Shown one piece after another: positions 1 to 11,563 of a stretch of DNA of 64,000 bases. Source of the stretch: Xylographa opegraphella (Eukaryota); assembly GCA_022813865.1 (NCBI GenBank), contig JALDZX010000034.1, forward strand, positions 62,001 to 126,000, in the 5' to 3' direction. The position numbers and the translations under genes were made by a program. Each line of letters starts with the position of its first letter. The stretch's first letter is position 1. The notes under the pieces were generated by a model that saw nothing but the letters and a program-made list of their open reading frames with translations, was not told the DNA's origin and made no database searches.

Positions 1-536
1 TGACGGCTGGCAAAGCCGGTTCCAAGGTGAAGCTTGTTTTGGCAGTTACGGGCTCTGGTTGATACGAAAAAGGTGGTGCTTCCAGACCTCTGGAGTCATT
101 CGCACCCTCGACACCATTTAAGACAAACTGCGGATTTGGCGCCGGACGTTTTAATAGGTCTTCCATCGACTTCAGCCGCTTCTCCAGCTGCTCAATACGC
201 TTGTCCCTAGATAGAATCAGGAACCCATCGTACAAGCGCTCGACCTCTGCCGTTGCTGCTCCGGACTGACACCAAACTCACCTACCCAATCGTCTCGGCG
301 CCCGCGTCATGCTGATAGGGGTAAAATGGCACGGGGTCTTGTATTGGATGCATTGCGCACAAGATCCCGAGACTACGTTGCAGCGAATCTTCTTCTGTCG
401 ACACATATCACACGCCTGACCTGTGCCGGTTAATCATCGATCTATCTGGAGTTCCTGTGAAAGCACAGACTTTTGTGATGGGCAACATGGATTGCTTCTC
501 CTTGCTAGAGCTCACGAATACGGGGCGTGACGCCAT
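1..536 (-). CDS. Zn2Cys6 (GAL4-type) transcription factor, 5' part; probable cluster-specific regulator (terR-like position); continues beyond left window edge
   Basis: Not in the ORF track. ATG at 536 (MASRPVFVSSSKEKQSMLPITK), then an intron ~470-416, then ACDMCRQKKIRCNVVSGSCAQCIQYKTPCHF (CX2CX6CX6CX2CX6C). A second intron is followed by a coiled-coil segment (KRIEQLEKRLKSMEDLL). Confidence 0.92.
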
Positions 537-631
537 GGTTGGCTCCCGCAGATCCTATGTCACAGAGGATTTGATATTCGTTCTCTAAGGTCACAGGACA
601 GAATGGTGGGATGACTGGGCGGGGCTGAAGC

Positions 632-680
632 GGAGAGGAGAGGAGAGGAGAGGAGAGCAGAGGGGAGGAGAGGAGAGAGA
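632..680. repeat. (GGAGA)n purine-rich microsatellite upstream of the TF start
   Basis: Five perfect GGAGA units at 632-656, followed by degenerate units. Confidence 0.85.
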
Positions 681-1447
681 AGAAGAGGAAGGAGGGGTGG
701 GAACGAGCTGATGGAGATGGAGCGAGCTAGTTTTAGATTTCATAAGCAAGTCATGTGATCTCAGCCCTTCTCAGCCCGCGGTCACGTGAAAGAAGTCATG
801 GCAAAGATTTGCTGCATTCTTCAACCAGAGCGACCTCGAGCTGCGAGCATCAGACTGAGTTGGGCTCCTATCGTCCGCCGCTGGGAATAAGTTTCAAAAC
901 CAAAGTCCCCTAAGTCTCTTGCTGGACTATACTTCCAGATTGACGACCATCCATTCTGCCACAAATGTACCTTAGCAGTGAAAGCTATCACTTCTACGAT
1001 GTCATGGTCGTCCGCTCTCTGCTCGAGGGAAGATCGAGAAGAAGATCAAGACACGTTCTAAAAGACCAAAAGCAACTGACGAATGCCTGTGCTTCTATAG
1101 TAACCTAGCGTCTCCTCGAGAAACCTGGAAACGCTAACTATGTCAATGAACTGAGCGGCCGGAGCACGGGTAATAGGCTCTACACTATGTGACTCGCCGG
1201 CGTCTCCGAGTTAAATACTTCGTACAATTAGGTACCTAAGGATATCACGCGAATCCAAACAAATAGCAATTCGTCCACTTCGGCTATTCAGATTGTTCGT
1301 TCCACAACGGATTTTAGCCTTGCAATACCTCACAGAAAGCCGACACTCTCCTCCAATGTCACCTGTTTCCGGCGAATGCTGCAGACTCGAACACCATGCG
1401 AAGACTGATGCCGTATAGCAGAATCCGGAAAACCGGATTGATCGACT

Positions 1448-1460
1448 TCGGCTATTCGGA
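1448..1460 (+). promoter_or_regulatory. CGG direct-repeat Zn2Cys6 binding-site candidate TCGGCTATTCGGA
   Basis: TCGG-N5-CGG in the divergent TF/monooxygenase intergenic region, with a near-identical copy TCGGCTATTCAGA at 1280-1292. It fits the TerR-type consensus TCGGHHWYHCGGH as I recall it. Confidence 0.55.
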
Positions 1461-1855
1461 TCTGATGCTTTTGAAAGGTTCTCAGCGCTGATGAGCGACC
1501 TATTGGCCAATGAAGGGAGAAGTACGCCTGCGAGAGCGGTATCCACACCGGCCCGCGGTGCTCTGGTCAGATATACGCATGTCTTAACCGCTCAACTCAG
1601 GTGGCGTACACATAATCGCTCTTTTGTAACGTGCTTCGGTATGCTCCGAGACGCCGGTAGCCGCCTATACGTCGATCGTGAATGTGTCTGAGCCGGAAGA
1701 AGGAACAATGTAGACGCGTACCAGCGGCTTTCAGTCCTTCTGAGATATCAAGCATAGCGTGGCTAGTGAATGGCGCTACAAGATCCAGATGCTTGCTTCA
1801 TGCAAATGATTTGTATTCTAGACCAAATCCGTTCACTTATACTGAAATTATAACC

Positions 1856-3211
1856 ATGCACGTGAGTGACTCCTGTTCGGCCCCTTATAACAATTTACTG
1901 AAGTTCCGCTCTAGGTAGTCATCGCAGGAGCCGGTCCTTGTGGCCTCTCTTTGAGCCTTGCGCTCGCCCGAGCAGGCATTGAAGTGACATTAATAGATAA
2001 AGCAAAAACTATAGACTCCCGGCCGCGGGCTGCCCACATGACGGCTCCTGGAATTCAGATGTTCAAGCGTGCGGGTGTCTTCGAAGATGTTCGACGCGCA
2101 GGCTTCTTACCGAAGGATTGGACATTTCGAAAATTCGACGGGACTCCGATCATGACCATTGAAGACATTGCGGTGTCGAAGAGTTCCGAGGCTACCATTG
2201 TTCTACCTATAAACAAATTGGATGAGATATTGCTTTCCCATACGGAAAGGAACAGCAAGATCTTTTTGAAATGGGGACATAGGGTGGTAAATGTTGGCCA
2301 GGATGAGAATTCCGCATGGGCTGTGGTCAGAAAGCAGGATGGGACGGAGAAAAAAATTGGTGGCGACTATCTAATAGGCTGTGATGGAGGGACGAGTCAA
2401 GTGAGGAAGTCCCTCTTTGGGGACAAAAATTTCCCAGGCATGACATGGGATGTCCAATTTGTGGCAACGGATGTGCGTAGCCACCAAGGCGTACCGGTCC
2501 CAGCTGAACCTTGCTAGGTCTACTACCCCTTCGACAAATTCGGATACGACGATGTAAACGCCGTCGTGCACCCTCATGACAGCCATCTCATCGCCCGCCT
2601 TACCAAAGACGGCTTGTGGCGAGTCGCATACCAAGAAGACAAAAACATGACTTACCAAGAAGTCCTCGACCACCAAGCCGCCCACTACGAACGCATCCTC
2701 CCCGGCCATCCCAAACCTCAAGATTACACCCTCACCAACATCAGCCCATACAAGCTGCACCAGCGCTGCGCCGAGCGATTCCGGGTCGGCCGCATCTGCC
2801 TCGCGGGAGACGCCGCCCATCTTTGCAATCCATGGGGCGGCCTAGGCCTGACGGGCGGCTTCGCAGATGTCACAGGACTAGCTGACTGCCTCGAAGGCAT
2901 CGCGCGCGGCCAGGCAGACGACAGCATCTTGGACAAGTACGACGAAGTGCGCCGATCCATCTTCCGCACCGTCATCGACCCCATTTCCACGGGGAACTTC
3001 CTCCGCGTCTCTGCCCTGGGCACGGACGCCGCGATCGAGAAGGACCCCTTTATGCAGATGTGCGCGGCGGCGAAGAAGGACCCGGTGGTCAAGGCTAAAA
3101 TGGACAAGGTAGCGCCAAACTCCCCCTTTTTCCGCGGGTGCGTTAACTCTTACCCAGAGCGTGTACGCCATCTGTCACGACTTTACGCAGTATTACAAAT
3201 GCGAGGCTTGA
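1856..3211 (+). CDS. FAD-dependent monooxygenase (aromatic hydroxylase, TerC-like), ~402 aa, 4 exons
   Basis: Exons 1856-1861, 1915-2472, 2518-3108, 3158-3211 splice in frame. Motifs: [10 protein letters not shown] (GxGxxG), [10 protein letters not shown] (DG) and [16 protein letters not shown] (GD). Confidence 0.9.
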
Positions 3212-3994
3212 ACTGGAACTGTTCGGCTCGGATAGATAGCTCAAAGACGTGCGCCAGTTTCACACATCACACCCATGAGACCTAATACTAAATCGGTGTT
3301 GGCTATTGATTCTCATCATCCGTTCACGTATTGCGTATATCTTGGCCTTCCCTCCCCCTTCCTACCCTCCCCGGTAAGCAAAATCCGCAGGCTACATATC
3401 CTCACATTCGAGCCCCCTTAGAGAATTACCGTTCGCATCGCACAAGGAGCCTAGATCCCACCAGCCAATCTGGTAGTATCTCCTGACCTCAAAACCCCTC
3501 GCTACCAAACTATCCCGTGCCACCCATCATTCAGTGCCGCCATGCCCATCCAACCAAGCAGCTCTCCTCCCCCAGAACCTTTCCCCTCCCTGCCGCGGCC
3601 TGCGGCGAAGAGTTACCAACCAACCTGCCATTGCGGCATTCTATCGCGGCAGGGTGGTCGATTTTACCTAGCAGCACATCCATCGCGCCAGTGCGCGTGG
3701 AGCATGATTCTGCGTAGATATGGTCGAGTATGGATCTCAAGGGGGAGAGCGTTTCCGATGCGGGTCTTGGTTAGTGTGGAGAGTGGGGGAGTGAAAGATG
3801 CTGAAACGGAAGGGAGAGCAGGGAGAGCAGGGCCAACACGGCGAGCAGGTCAAACAGAAGGCCAAAAGCTGGTTCTGATTGTCTAATTTTCATAATAAAT
3901 CGTAGCACCGGCGCCAATATAATACTCTACAGATAGAAAAGGTTTCACGGGCCGATCGTCCAACCTACTGCAAACCAAAACCATTCCTACAACA

Positions 3995-6900
3995 TCAACA
4001 CCCCTCGAGACCACGCCGCAACAAAGCCGCCACCTGTGCTACCTACGTCCAGACAAATCAGCATGTGCTTGTCATCAAGTCCTGGTAACGGATACTTACA
4101 TCCGGTTCTCGGATCATCGTGAAATGATTGCCCTGGACAGGCATTGTGAGGATGTTCTCCTCCCCTAGAAGCTTCTCCCATCCGTTGGGTCCAAGATCCA
4201 GTCTGTTGTCAAGCAAGAACTTCACGCTCCTCGCTTCAGTGGCAGACCTTGGGAACTTCTTCTGAGTTGTAGGGTCTTTACACAATCCGTCGCGAGCCCA
4301 AATGATGAGAGTCTTGGGCGCTTGAAGCGGATCCATTGCGAGTGGCGCATAGGCCGCAAGATTGACAATCGAGGCCTCAAAGTGTGGAATCAGCCAGTCG
4401 GGTGGCGATTTTTGAGTGCCAAGTATTCCCATGGAATCGACGAAGTGAAGCAGCGATGATGGTAGTGGTTCTAACTTGATTGGACATGGCGAATCAATCA
4501 AGAAGAGACGCTCGGTCTTTTCACCCATCTCCAGTAGCTTAAATGCAACCTGGTAGGCAATCACGCCGCCCGCGGACCACCCTCCAAGATAGTATGGACC
4601 GTGAGGCTGTCGTCTCTTAATCTCGGTAAGATATTGTGCCGAGACGCCATCAATGCCGGTCGTGTAATCCGCAGGAGTCTTCATGAAAGGACAGTTAAGA
4701 CCATAAACGCAGACGTCCGGTGATATGCTGGGAAGCAAGGCGTACGAGGTCGCAGACCCTGAACCGTCAGGGAAGAGGAATAAGGTCTTTGAGGCTGTTT
4801 TGGGGTTGCCTGACAGCAATATCGATGCGGCCGGGCTAAGTGTTGTCTCACTTGCTCGGATTCCCACAATCAATTTCGTTAAGCTCTCCTCATCCGGATC
4901 CGGTGTGCTTGGTTCCGTGTCTGTCTCACCTGGAGTGGTATTCTCAGTGTAGCTATATGGCGTAACGCCTCCGCTTGAGCTCACACCCATCAGTGCCGAT
5001 ATCGCCGTTTTTGCTTGACTGAGAGTAGGGTAATCGGCGAAGAATGATGTCGGAATATCTACCTCAAGTTCCTCTCGGACTCTGCCACTAATAGTGAGTG
5101 ACATAAGTGAGTCGACACCCATATCAGCAAAACTGCCCATTTCAAGAAGTTCTGACTGCTCGATGCCCAACTCTTCAGAGATGATGCTTAAAAGCTTTTC
5201 CGTAGTGCTCTCCGTAGAGTATTTCGCCATGGCACTTCCGATTGAGGTGTTTCTAGTCATATCACCACCACTCATAACATCTGTTGTTGCCACACTACCA
5301 GTTGATGCACTTTCACGCGACGTACTTCTATCTGAATTGTGACCGTCAAGGGCGAGTATTGCAGACTTCGCCTCACCAATAGTGGCGTTATCCACGAACA
5401 GAGATGTGGGAATATCTATTTCAAGCTCTTCACGCATCCGTCCAGTGACTGTAAGTGACATAAGTGAGTCCAATCCAATATCAACGAAAGCGGCCCCGTC
5501 AGAAAGTTCTGATGGTTCCAAGCCCAACTCTTCAGCAATGATGTTCATAAATGCAGTAGTTACAGATCGGATTTCGTTTGTAGGATGAGATATTGATGGA
5601 GACGATTTATGCGTTGACTCTATTGGGACCGGAGCCGTCTTCTTTTCGATGCTGGGGTACTCAGCCTTTGGATGACTTGCGATATCCGTTTTGGGAGATG
5701 AAAACTGCGCTCTTGGAAAAGTGCCAGCTCCATTGATAGGAGGCAGAAGCTTGTTGAGAAGAGAACGCGGAATGGCTTGGAACTTTACACCTCCAACCAG
5801 TGCAATCATCTCTTCTCCATCAAACACGTAAACGTCGCCCACCATTGTTTGTTTTGGTCCTCGATGCATTTTGACATGGTTGCGGTAAGACCCGCGGGCT
5901 GACAGCGGACGCACGATCTGTAAAGACTTCCAACCATGAGAGATGTACACTTGCTTTGTCGAATCGACAGCATCAGAACCATTGAGAACAAATCCAGAAA
6001 GATGAGCAATATTGTCAATCCAATAGGGATTTGCCTCGAAATCACCGTCACTTTCAGTCGCTTGAAACTCGATCGATGAAGCGGCCTCGAAGTTTTTGCT
6101 GTCAAGAATGACCTCTTTCATTCCGTGGTATTTCTTGCCATACTGGACCAAAGATGAGAAGGCTTCATATGCCTGCCCACGACTGATCTTTTTGTATTTG
6201 CCAACATCACCACCTTGAGCCAAGACATCGATTCGTGATCGAATCAGATACGCAAGTCGAGACCACTCTGCAAGCCAAGACTTTGCATCCCCATATTGAA
6301 CAAGGCACGTGGCATGTAGATCACCAATACTACCATCCTGAGATAAGCTGTTGTAGCTAATTTTGACGAGCTGAAGCGGCCGCTCAGCTGTGGCCGTTAT
6401 TCTCACAACTGGTTGATCTTTCGCGTCGCGCCCCTTTGCGATCAAAGGTTTTATGATTTCCAGATCGCGCACGTCCATGGGGATATACTCTGCGCCTTTG
6501 TTTAGCTTTCTTTGCAGGTAGCCTGCTAATGTTAGTGCCATATCAGCGTATACACCCTGCAATTGTTAGCCAAAGTCTTAAGTGGGCTACATGTACATAC
6601 TGATGGGCAAAGGGCTGCGCCATTCACCAAGTGCCCGGACATCGCATCATTTAGATCGGGGTCGGACAGTTCCGATTCAGCCATCAGTGTGATCTTGTCT
6701 CCATATTCTTCTTTGACCAATCTATGAATAGACGATGTAGATAATTGACGGTCTCTGGATCTTTTGGCAGGGGCCTCGATGACTTCCCCTTTGTTTAGAC
6801 ACCAATTGTTGGTATACTCGAGCCAGTAGTTTTTGTTCTCGAACGTATAACGAGGCAGAGAAAGAACTGAATGTGACGATTCGTATTCACGATGAATTTC

Positions 6901-9900
6901 GTCCCAGTCGATATACAATCCTTTGCGATGCAGAATACTAAGTCCACTTGACACAGTCTTCCATGGGTCTTCCTTCTTGCGGAGTGACGGCACAGTTACT
7001 GTCTCAGTTCCAAGACTCGATTTGACAAAGGTGGAGCAGACGGATGCTGGACCGATCTCGATCCAGATCATGTCCTGGTCAGCTAATCCTTCCCCTTTCG
7101 CAGCCGTAATACAGCCAAGAAAATCGACAGTTTCTCGGGCGTGGCGAGCCAAGTACTCTGGACCAAAAACACCCCTATCAGTCACTACCTCCCGAAGCAT
7201 GGGAGAGATGACGGGGATTTCCGGGTCTGCAAAAGTTATAGAGCTGGCTAACTCCATCAACGGGTCCAAGATGGGTGTTACCTGAGCCGAATGAAAGGCG
7301 TAAGCACAAGGTAATAAGACTGACTTGATGCCGGCTGCCTTGAGAGTTTTTGAGTATGACACTAGTTGTTCCGTTGGACCACTGATCACAGTCTCTCGAG
7401 GTCCATTGATACAAGCCACGTCGGGGTTACAGTCAACCAGGACTTGACGAATGGAAGCCACAGAGGTGGCAGTGGCCAGCAATGCGTGAGTTCCTTCCGT
7501 ACAGTGCTTTGCGAGAAGTTCTGCTCTTCGTCCGACGAGGAATATGGTATCGCTAACCGATAGAACACCTGCGACGTTCAATGCAGCATACTCGCCAAGG
7601 CTGTGGCCGAGGACGGCACTTGGCAAGATCCCCCAAGATATCCATAATCGCGCTAAAGCCATCTGAATACAGGATTGTCCAAGCTGTAGCACAAAGGGTG
7701 AAAACGCAGCAGCGTCCGTAATAGTGCCATCTAGGAGAGGTAGAAAAGATGGGAAACCCTGGCTGCGACCGATTCTATCAAAGTCTATAATATCAGATCT
7801 AAATTGTCTTGAATTCTCAAAAAGCTGTTTCCCGAGCGATGGATAATGTGCACCTTGACCCGTAAATACGAACGCAACTTTGGGAGACTTCGTCGGAATT
7901 GGTTTGACAATCTCAGCTTGAGCGGACCTCAAAGACTCCTTAGCCTCCGAGACACTTGATACGGCGAAGGAGATACGGTAGGGTAGCTGGGTCCTTCTGG
8001 CAGTAGTAGTATAAGAAAGTATTGGTAATGATGTATCAGGCCTCATCTCAAGGTAGGAGATAAGTTTCTGGATGTTGTTCTCCAAAGACCAGGCCGATTT
8101 CGCGGTTACTGACACAACAAAGCTCGTTCTGGGGTCATTTTTGCCCATTCGTCCGGATTTAGAAGCCTCTTCTAGAAGGAGGCCGGTGTTTCCGCCTGCT
8201 GCGCTAAAGTTGTTGATATATGCTCGCCTCTTCCTGCCAGTTGAAGGAAGCCATGGAGTTTCTTTGAGCGGGATGCGGATTCCCCTCTCTTCGAGGTCGG
8301 TAGGAAAGGTTGTATTCATAATGCCTTTAATACCGACGTGTGGAGGAATGGCGTTTCGTTGCAGCATAAGCAAAACTTTGATTAGAGATGAAACTCCCGC
8401 AGAAGCCTCTCCGTGGCCAATATTCGCTTTAAGTGCTCCGAGGTGAAGTGTTTGACCTGATTGGCGTCCTTGCAGTCGCGGAGCAAAGACGTTCGAAATG
8501 GATTTCATTTCAGCTCCGTCACCAGCTTGCGTTCCTGTTCCGTGCATTTCTACGTAGCTAACGTCACGGGCGTCAATGCCCGTCTTTCTCAATATCTTCC
8601 TGTACAAGGTTTCTTGAGTTGGAGCGTGGGGCTGAGTTATGGAAACCGCTTCCGAAGAGTGGTTTGTTGCTGTTCCCAAAATAACGCCCAAGATAGGGTC
8701 GTTATCGGCCTCTGCGTCCTCCAGCCTCTTCAAAATGACTGTCGCAACGCTATCACCTCGACAGAAACCATCCGCAGTATCATCAAATGTTTTACAGGAG
8801 CCAGTCCTGGACAAGAACTGTGCACGGCTAAGTCCTGCGAAGAGGTCTGGGGTTGTCATGATATTAAGGCCACCAGCCACTGCTGTATCGCATTCTTTTG
8901 CTTGAAGCGATGTACAAGCTAATTGGATTGCGGCAAAGCTTGACGAACAAGCTGTGTCAACATTGTAGCTCGGCCCTTTGAACTTGAAATAGTAATTGAT
9001 ACGTCCTGAAGCAAAAGCTCGTATAGTCCCAGGGATGTAGTATGTGTCGATATTCTGTGCTGCATTGACCTGCCGCCAATCGTCGCTTGTTTGTCCATAG
9101 AATGTACCAACACGATCCAACATTGATGAAGGCGTCCTGTTAGGTATGAAACCTGACATTTCAAGGGCCTCATACGCTGTTACCAAAGCCAATCTCCCCA
9201 TGGGATCGGTTTGGTAGGCCTCGCGAGGTGACATGTTGAAGAAACGAGGGTCAAACAAGCCTGGCTCTTCAACGAAACAACCATATGGAGTGTGACTAGT
9301 ATTCTTCCTTTTACCTGTAGGATCACAATGTGCTTCAATGTCAAATCGATCTGGAGGAACTCTTCGATGGACGTCTAGTCCCTGTTCTAATAAACTCCAC
9401 AGACTCTCGAGATTGTCCGCATTGGGAAAGCGGCCAGACATTCCCACAACAGCAATCTTCACAGAGGTACCAGCTGGATCAGCTGCAGGTTTTGTCAGTC
9501 CAAGCTGTTCTTCCACGCTCACTTCGACCTCTGTTGCCGATCTTAGAGCTGATACTAAGCTAGGTAAAGCCTTGGAAGGCCCTATTGAAGCGATCTTGCA
9601 ATTTACTTTGCCCGAGTTTCTTGTCTCTGAAACGACCGCACCAAGTACCTGATCAATCGAGAGAGGTCGAATCAAGATATCACCCACAACTTGTCTCATG
9701 AACTGGTCCATACCTACATCTGGAAGAGACGTCTCTGTGAAACCTGAGATGACACGAACTGATGGAGAAGCTGAATTGATGTTCGTGTCCGTAATCGACC
9801 GTACAATCTCTTCAACATCAACATCGCTGTACAAATGTGAGGCATGGAATGGCCCGAATATATTGATTGGCACTATCCTGCGCAGGCGGAAGTATTCTGA

Positions 9901-10701
9901 CTCCAGGAATAGAGCATCGATGGTCGTTGGCGGGCCACTGATGGTGACCACATCTCTGCTGTTGGAGCTTATGTAGACCTGGCTAGCCCGCGGTAAAGCC
10001 TTAGGGCAGTTCTTAGCTCTATAGCTTGCTGAAAACGAGGACTCGACCCGAAAACCTTCTTACCTTTCTGTCGTTAAATTGCGTGACCTCGGCTATCGAG
10101 GCCTCTCTCTGTACGCCCACCACCAGTCGCGACCAGCACTGGTCGACTTGGGCATTGCGAATTGGAGATAGACGTTGTGCAGTATCGTTCACCTTAGCAC
10201 CGATTCGAAAGGCGACTCGGACGAAGTTCGGTGCATTGGCTACCAAATCAAGAACGTTTTGGCTGACTGACACTGCTGTCGCGGCTAGCAAGCCAGTACA
10301 TAGTCCAACCAGAATAGTGTCGGAAGACACAATATATTGAGACGGATGATCAACGAAAAAGCTATATAAAGTATTATTCGTGTGCCCGAGTAACATTGCG
10401 TGAATACACACCTAATCACACTACCCAACTGACAAATACATGCGAGGGTAGTATCTAGAATCTGATTTCGCGAGGCCGAGTCCTGGTACTTCTTGACCAG
10501 ATCTAACACGTCTGTGAATGGTGGGATAAGATTCCTCACATGGCGAGGCTGTCGACGCACTTCGTCGCGCAGAGTTTCATTCAGTCTATCAAGAAAATGG
10601 AGGAAAACCACGCCTGTTTGGCGCTCGCAAAGCTTCTGCAGCGGCTCTCGGAAATCGCTTGAGCCGTCGCCAAAAAGAAGCACGTTAAACGCGTCAGCCA
10701 T
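3995..10701 (-). CDS. terA: Non-reducing polyketide synthase SAT-KS-AT-PT-ACP-ACP-TE (TerA / 6-hydroxymellein synthase-like), ~2160 aa, 5 exons
   Basis: Introns 10411-10362, 10063-10000, 6600-6557 and 4099-4043 join an open frame. Motifs: SAT GLCTG; KS DTACSS, HGTGT, NIGH; AT GHSLG, AFHS; PT SGHLVNG, DNIAH; ACPs GLDSLM and GVDSLM; TE GWSAGG, DSP, NHF. The symbol is inferred from domain order and cluster context. Confidence 0.93.
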
Positions 10702-11563
10702 CTTTGCCGCGTCAAGCTTCTGCCCTACGTTGAGGATATCAATAAATGAATGATAACGTCAAATGGAGGTGCTCCACTTGGGTGTGGTAGCTATCTACCA
10801 TGCAAAAGGACGAGAGTTCTACTTATTTACTTCCAATGGACTGGGGACCGAATCGGCTACTAGGGGGGCGAATGCGTAGCCGGAGAAGGTGTAAGCAATC
10901 AGGAAGGACCTCTCCAGGCTTCCCTATCTGATGAGAGCGCTCGGCTACTACATAGTGACATGCGACAAGATTCCTGAACCAGGAGCTGCAGAAAGCTCTG
11001 TCGCAAGTCGGCGAGCTACTAATGGTAACTATCTAGCTTGTGTACACGTACGGGTGATGTCGCACACTTCAAGCTCGGCATGCTTTTCGAGCTGACTCAA
11101 ATGGCTCATGATTCTGATTCATGCGTACCCATCGTTGGTGGCTTTGTTGGGTTCACAAAACGCCTCTACCGCGATGGAGACTTCTGAAGAGCTCAGGAAC
11201 CGATTATCCGTCGGCAAGCCGATACTGGAAGCGGACAAGGCAACGGACGCAGGTCATCACCGCTTCTGATTTCCGAGACGCCATAATCGTCAGCTATCAG
11301 CGTCGAGTCGTGATACTGTCCTTTACTTGCCAATTACAGCCAACACCGAGCCGCGCATATCGGCACCCCTGCTAAGGCTTCAGCCCTCCCACTCATCCTC
11401 CGAAACAGTGGCGTCTCCCGTTGTAGCAGTTGCTGCTTGCAGAGAACGGTTAGCGCAGTCAGCAATTTCTTAACCAAAGTACTGGGACTTTGTAGCCTCA
11501 AGCTTTTGTCGGTTTACCTCCAAAAATTTGCACTCGCCGCTCCTTATCACACCTGGCATTAAT

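Noticed and set aside
782..789. TCACGTGA E-box upstream of the TF
   Set aside because: A single short palindrome that is expected by chance, with no supporting evidence.
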